Origin: Octopus bimaculoides
Lineage: Eukaryota
Length of the DNA stretch: 36,950 nucleotides
Assembly (NCBI RefSeq): GCF_001194135.2
Contig: NC_068989.1
Location: 6,764,982-6,801,931 of the forward strand
Direction of reading: 5' to 3'
Part shown: positions 35,279 to 36,950 of the stretch, piece after piece
Numbering within the stretch: position 1 is the first letter of the stretch
Layout: each line of letters opens with the position of its first letter
The notes under the pieces: model-generated
The model's database searches: none
What the model saw: only the letters and a program-made list of their open reading frames with translations
Told to the model about the DNA's origin: nothing
Program-made: the position numbers and the translations under genes

Positions 35279-35348
35279 GCGTTATTTAAAGTCCGTCTAC
35301 GTTCACGGTTCGAAACCCACCAAGGTCGATTTTGCTCTCAATCCTACA
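35279..35348 (+). mobile_element. Degenerate family A fragment (B-box region)
   Basis: gtccgtctacgttcacggttcgaaacccaccaaggtcgattttgctctcaatcct resembles gtccgtcttcacgttctgagttcaaattccaccgaggtcgactttgcctttcatcct. Confidence 0.5.
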
Positions 35349-36400
35349 AATACCATTGCTGATTTTTGCAATTAAGTCTTTGAGTGCTGTAGGCAAGAAC
35401 ATTTTGGCACGTTTGACATCTTTACAGTCTTCAAGTTTACTCCTCTGTTAAGCTATTTAGATATTATCTTAAGCATTTTCATTAAAATCATCAAATATCC
35501 TTGGAGCATCTCGTGGGGCCTTGTTACATATATTTTAGCCACCCGTTCACCACTTATTTATTTCATTATTTCCAGATGATCGTACTTTACAGTGCTTTGG
35601 GTATTTCTTGGATACTTACCTATACCAACATTTACTTCGGAGCTGTATTTGTTTCCAGTATTTTAACCCGTGGTCAATCATCCACCGTTCATACACCTCT
35701 TCCTGTCGAAGATGCATTATTTTTTTATTGTATGTTTGTTTAGTTCTTGGCAAAACAGTATTGGGTCGGAAACGAATTGTTTGCTTTATATAAAAAAAAA
35801 AAAAAACGTCGTTGTTTTTATAACAATAGATTCTTTGTGATTTATCGAAGACCTCTTGTTTTAGGCGCTCTTTGTTGTCGAGTATTTCTGTTTTCTATAA
35901 TTTTGTACTTTTCTAGTATTTGTCTTTCTATTTTTTTGTGTGTTTTTGTTATCAATCTAATTAAGAATTGAAAGATCTTTCATTTTTTATCTTCCTCTGT
36001 GCTGGCATTTCACGTTGTTTGATTGGACTCAGATGAAACGATGTCTCACTACTATGACTACGGTGGCTTCTGCATAGAGTTGTTGGTTTATAATCTCTTG
36101 TTGTGTACGTCTATGATAGCAACAGTTTGTATTAAAATAGAAATGGTGTGACTATTTTATTATATATTAAATATATCTTGGAAAGATGTCTTTTGTTTAT
36201 CGTTAGAACAAATTATTTATTCCAGCATTTTATAATATTTCCAGCTTCAGATTCTTTCCACATTAAAACATTTCCAGTTTTACGATTTTCATTCATTTCT
36301 CATAAACACAATGGCATATATTCCATTGCGCTAATGATTCAGCTGGTTTCGCTGTAGTTCGGCTTTTGTTAACCTTTAATCTTTGATATTTTACTTGTTT

Positions 36401-36591
36401 TAGTCATTAGAATGCGATCATTCAAGGGCACCGCCTTAACAAAATTTTTAGCCGAAAAAAAATCGACCGTAGTACGTATTTGTTTTTTTTTGGGGGGGGG
36501 GGCAGAACCGCTTGATTACGGGAACGACAACACACCAATACCGGTTTTAAAGCGGCAGGAGGGGGGAACAAATACACACAAAGATACACAC

Positions 36592-36595
<4 letters not shown>
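36401..36595 (-). mobile_element. Degenerate SINE family B 3' half
   Basis: gggcaccgcctt...tttagccgaa...aatcgacc.tagtacgtatt...gaaccgctt.attacggg.acgacaacacacca...ggggggaacaaa is colinear with 27895-28080. Confidence 0.7.
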
Positions 36596-36634
<39 letters not shown>

Positions 36635-36886
36635 ATATATATACACATATGGTTCTCTCTCATTATATATATGTGCGTGTGTGTGTGTGTGTTATATATA
36701 AGTTGTCTTAAAGTCCAATAAGTCAGGAGAAAGATCTACTCATATATCTGTCAATAGAGTGACAGATATACTCTATTATATAGAATGACAAACATAAAAC
36801 AGACGATGAGAGTAACGGAGTGAGTGACGTTGACTGAGTGGAGGTGATAGGAGACCAGACAGCAAATAGACAGCAAATGCCAATCA

Positions 36887-36913
36887 CTCTCTCCGTCTCT
36901 CTCTCCTTCTCCT

Positions 36914-36950
<37 letters not shown>
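36887..36950 (+). repeat. (CT)n microsatellite at the window end
   Basis: CT-rich run reaching the last base. Confidence 0.9.

Noticed and set aside
3524-36595. Recurring repeats as a CRISPR-like or regularly spaced array
   Set aside because: The repeats are long, irregularly spaced, on both strands and carry TSDs. The context is eukaryotic and there are no cas genes.

Overview
AT-rich animal non-coding DNA (intronic or intergenic), most likely octopus. The organism call is an inference from the tRNA-derived SINE families and the extreme microsatellite density. About 5.8 kb (16%) lies in 12 N gaps, most of them flanked by microsatellites. I recognise no protein-coding gene, tRNA, rRNA or CRISPR array, and most listed ORFs are artefacts of N runs or simple repeats. 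The resolvable content is more than 20 full or partial copies of four tRNA-headed SINE families (my labels A-D), many microsatellites, several short local duplications and one ~100-bp fold-back. I found no new biological system. The best leads are: a possible 3.45-kb staggered-break inversion splitting a family-C SINE; two SINE-in-SINE insertions; 3'-tail swapping in family A; a hairpin module shared by families A and B; tail-to-target microhomology at target-site duplications (TSDs); inverted SINE pairs that could be ADAR substrates; and a MITE- or pre-miRNA-like hairpin at 21.9-22.0 kb.
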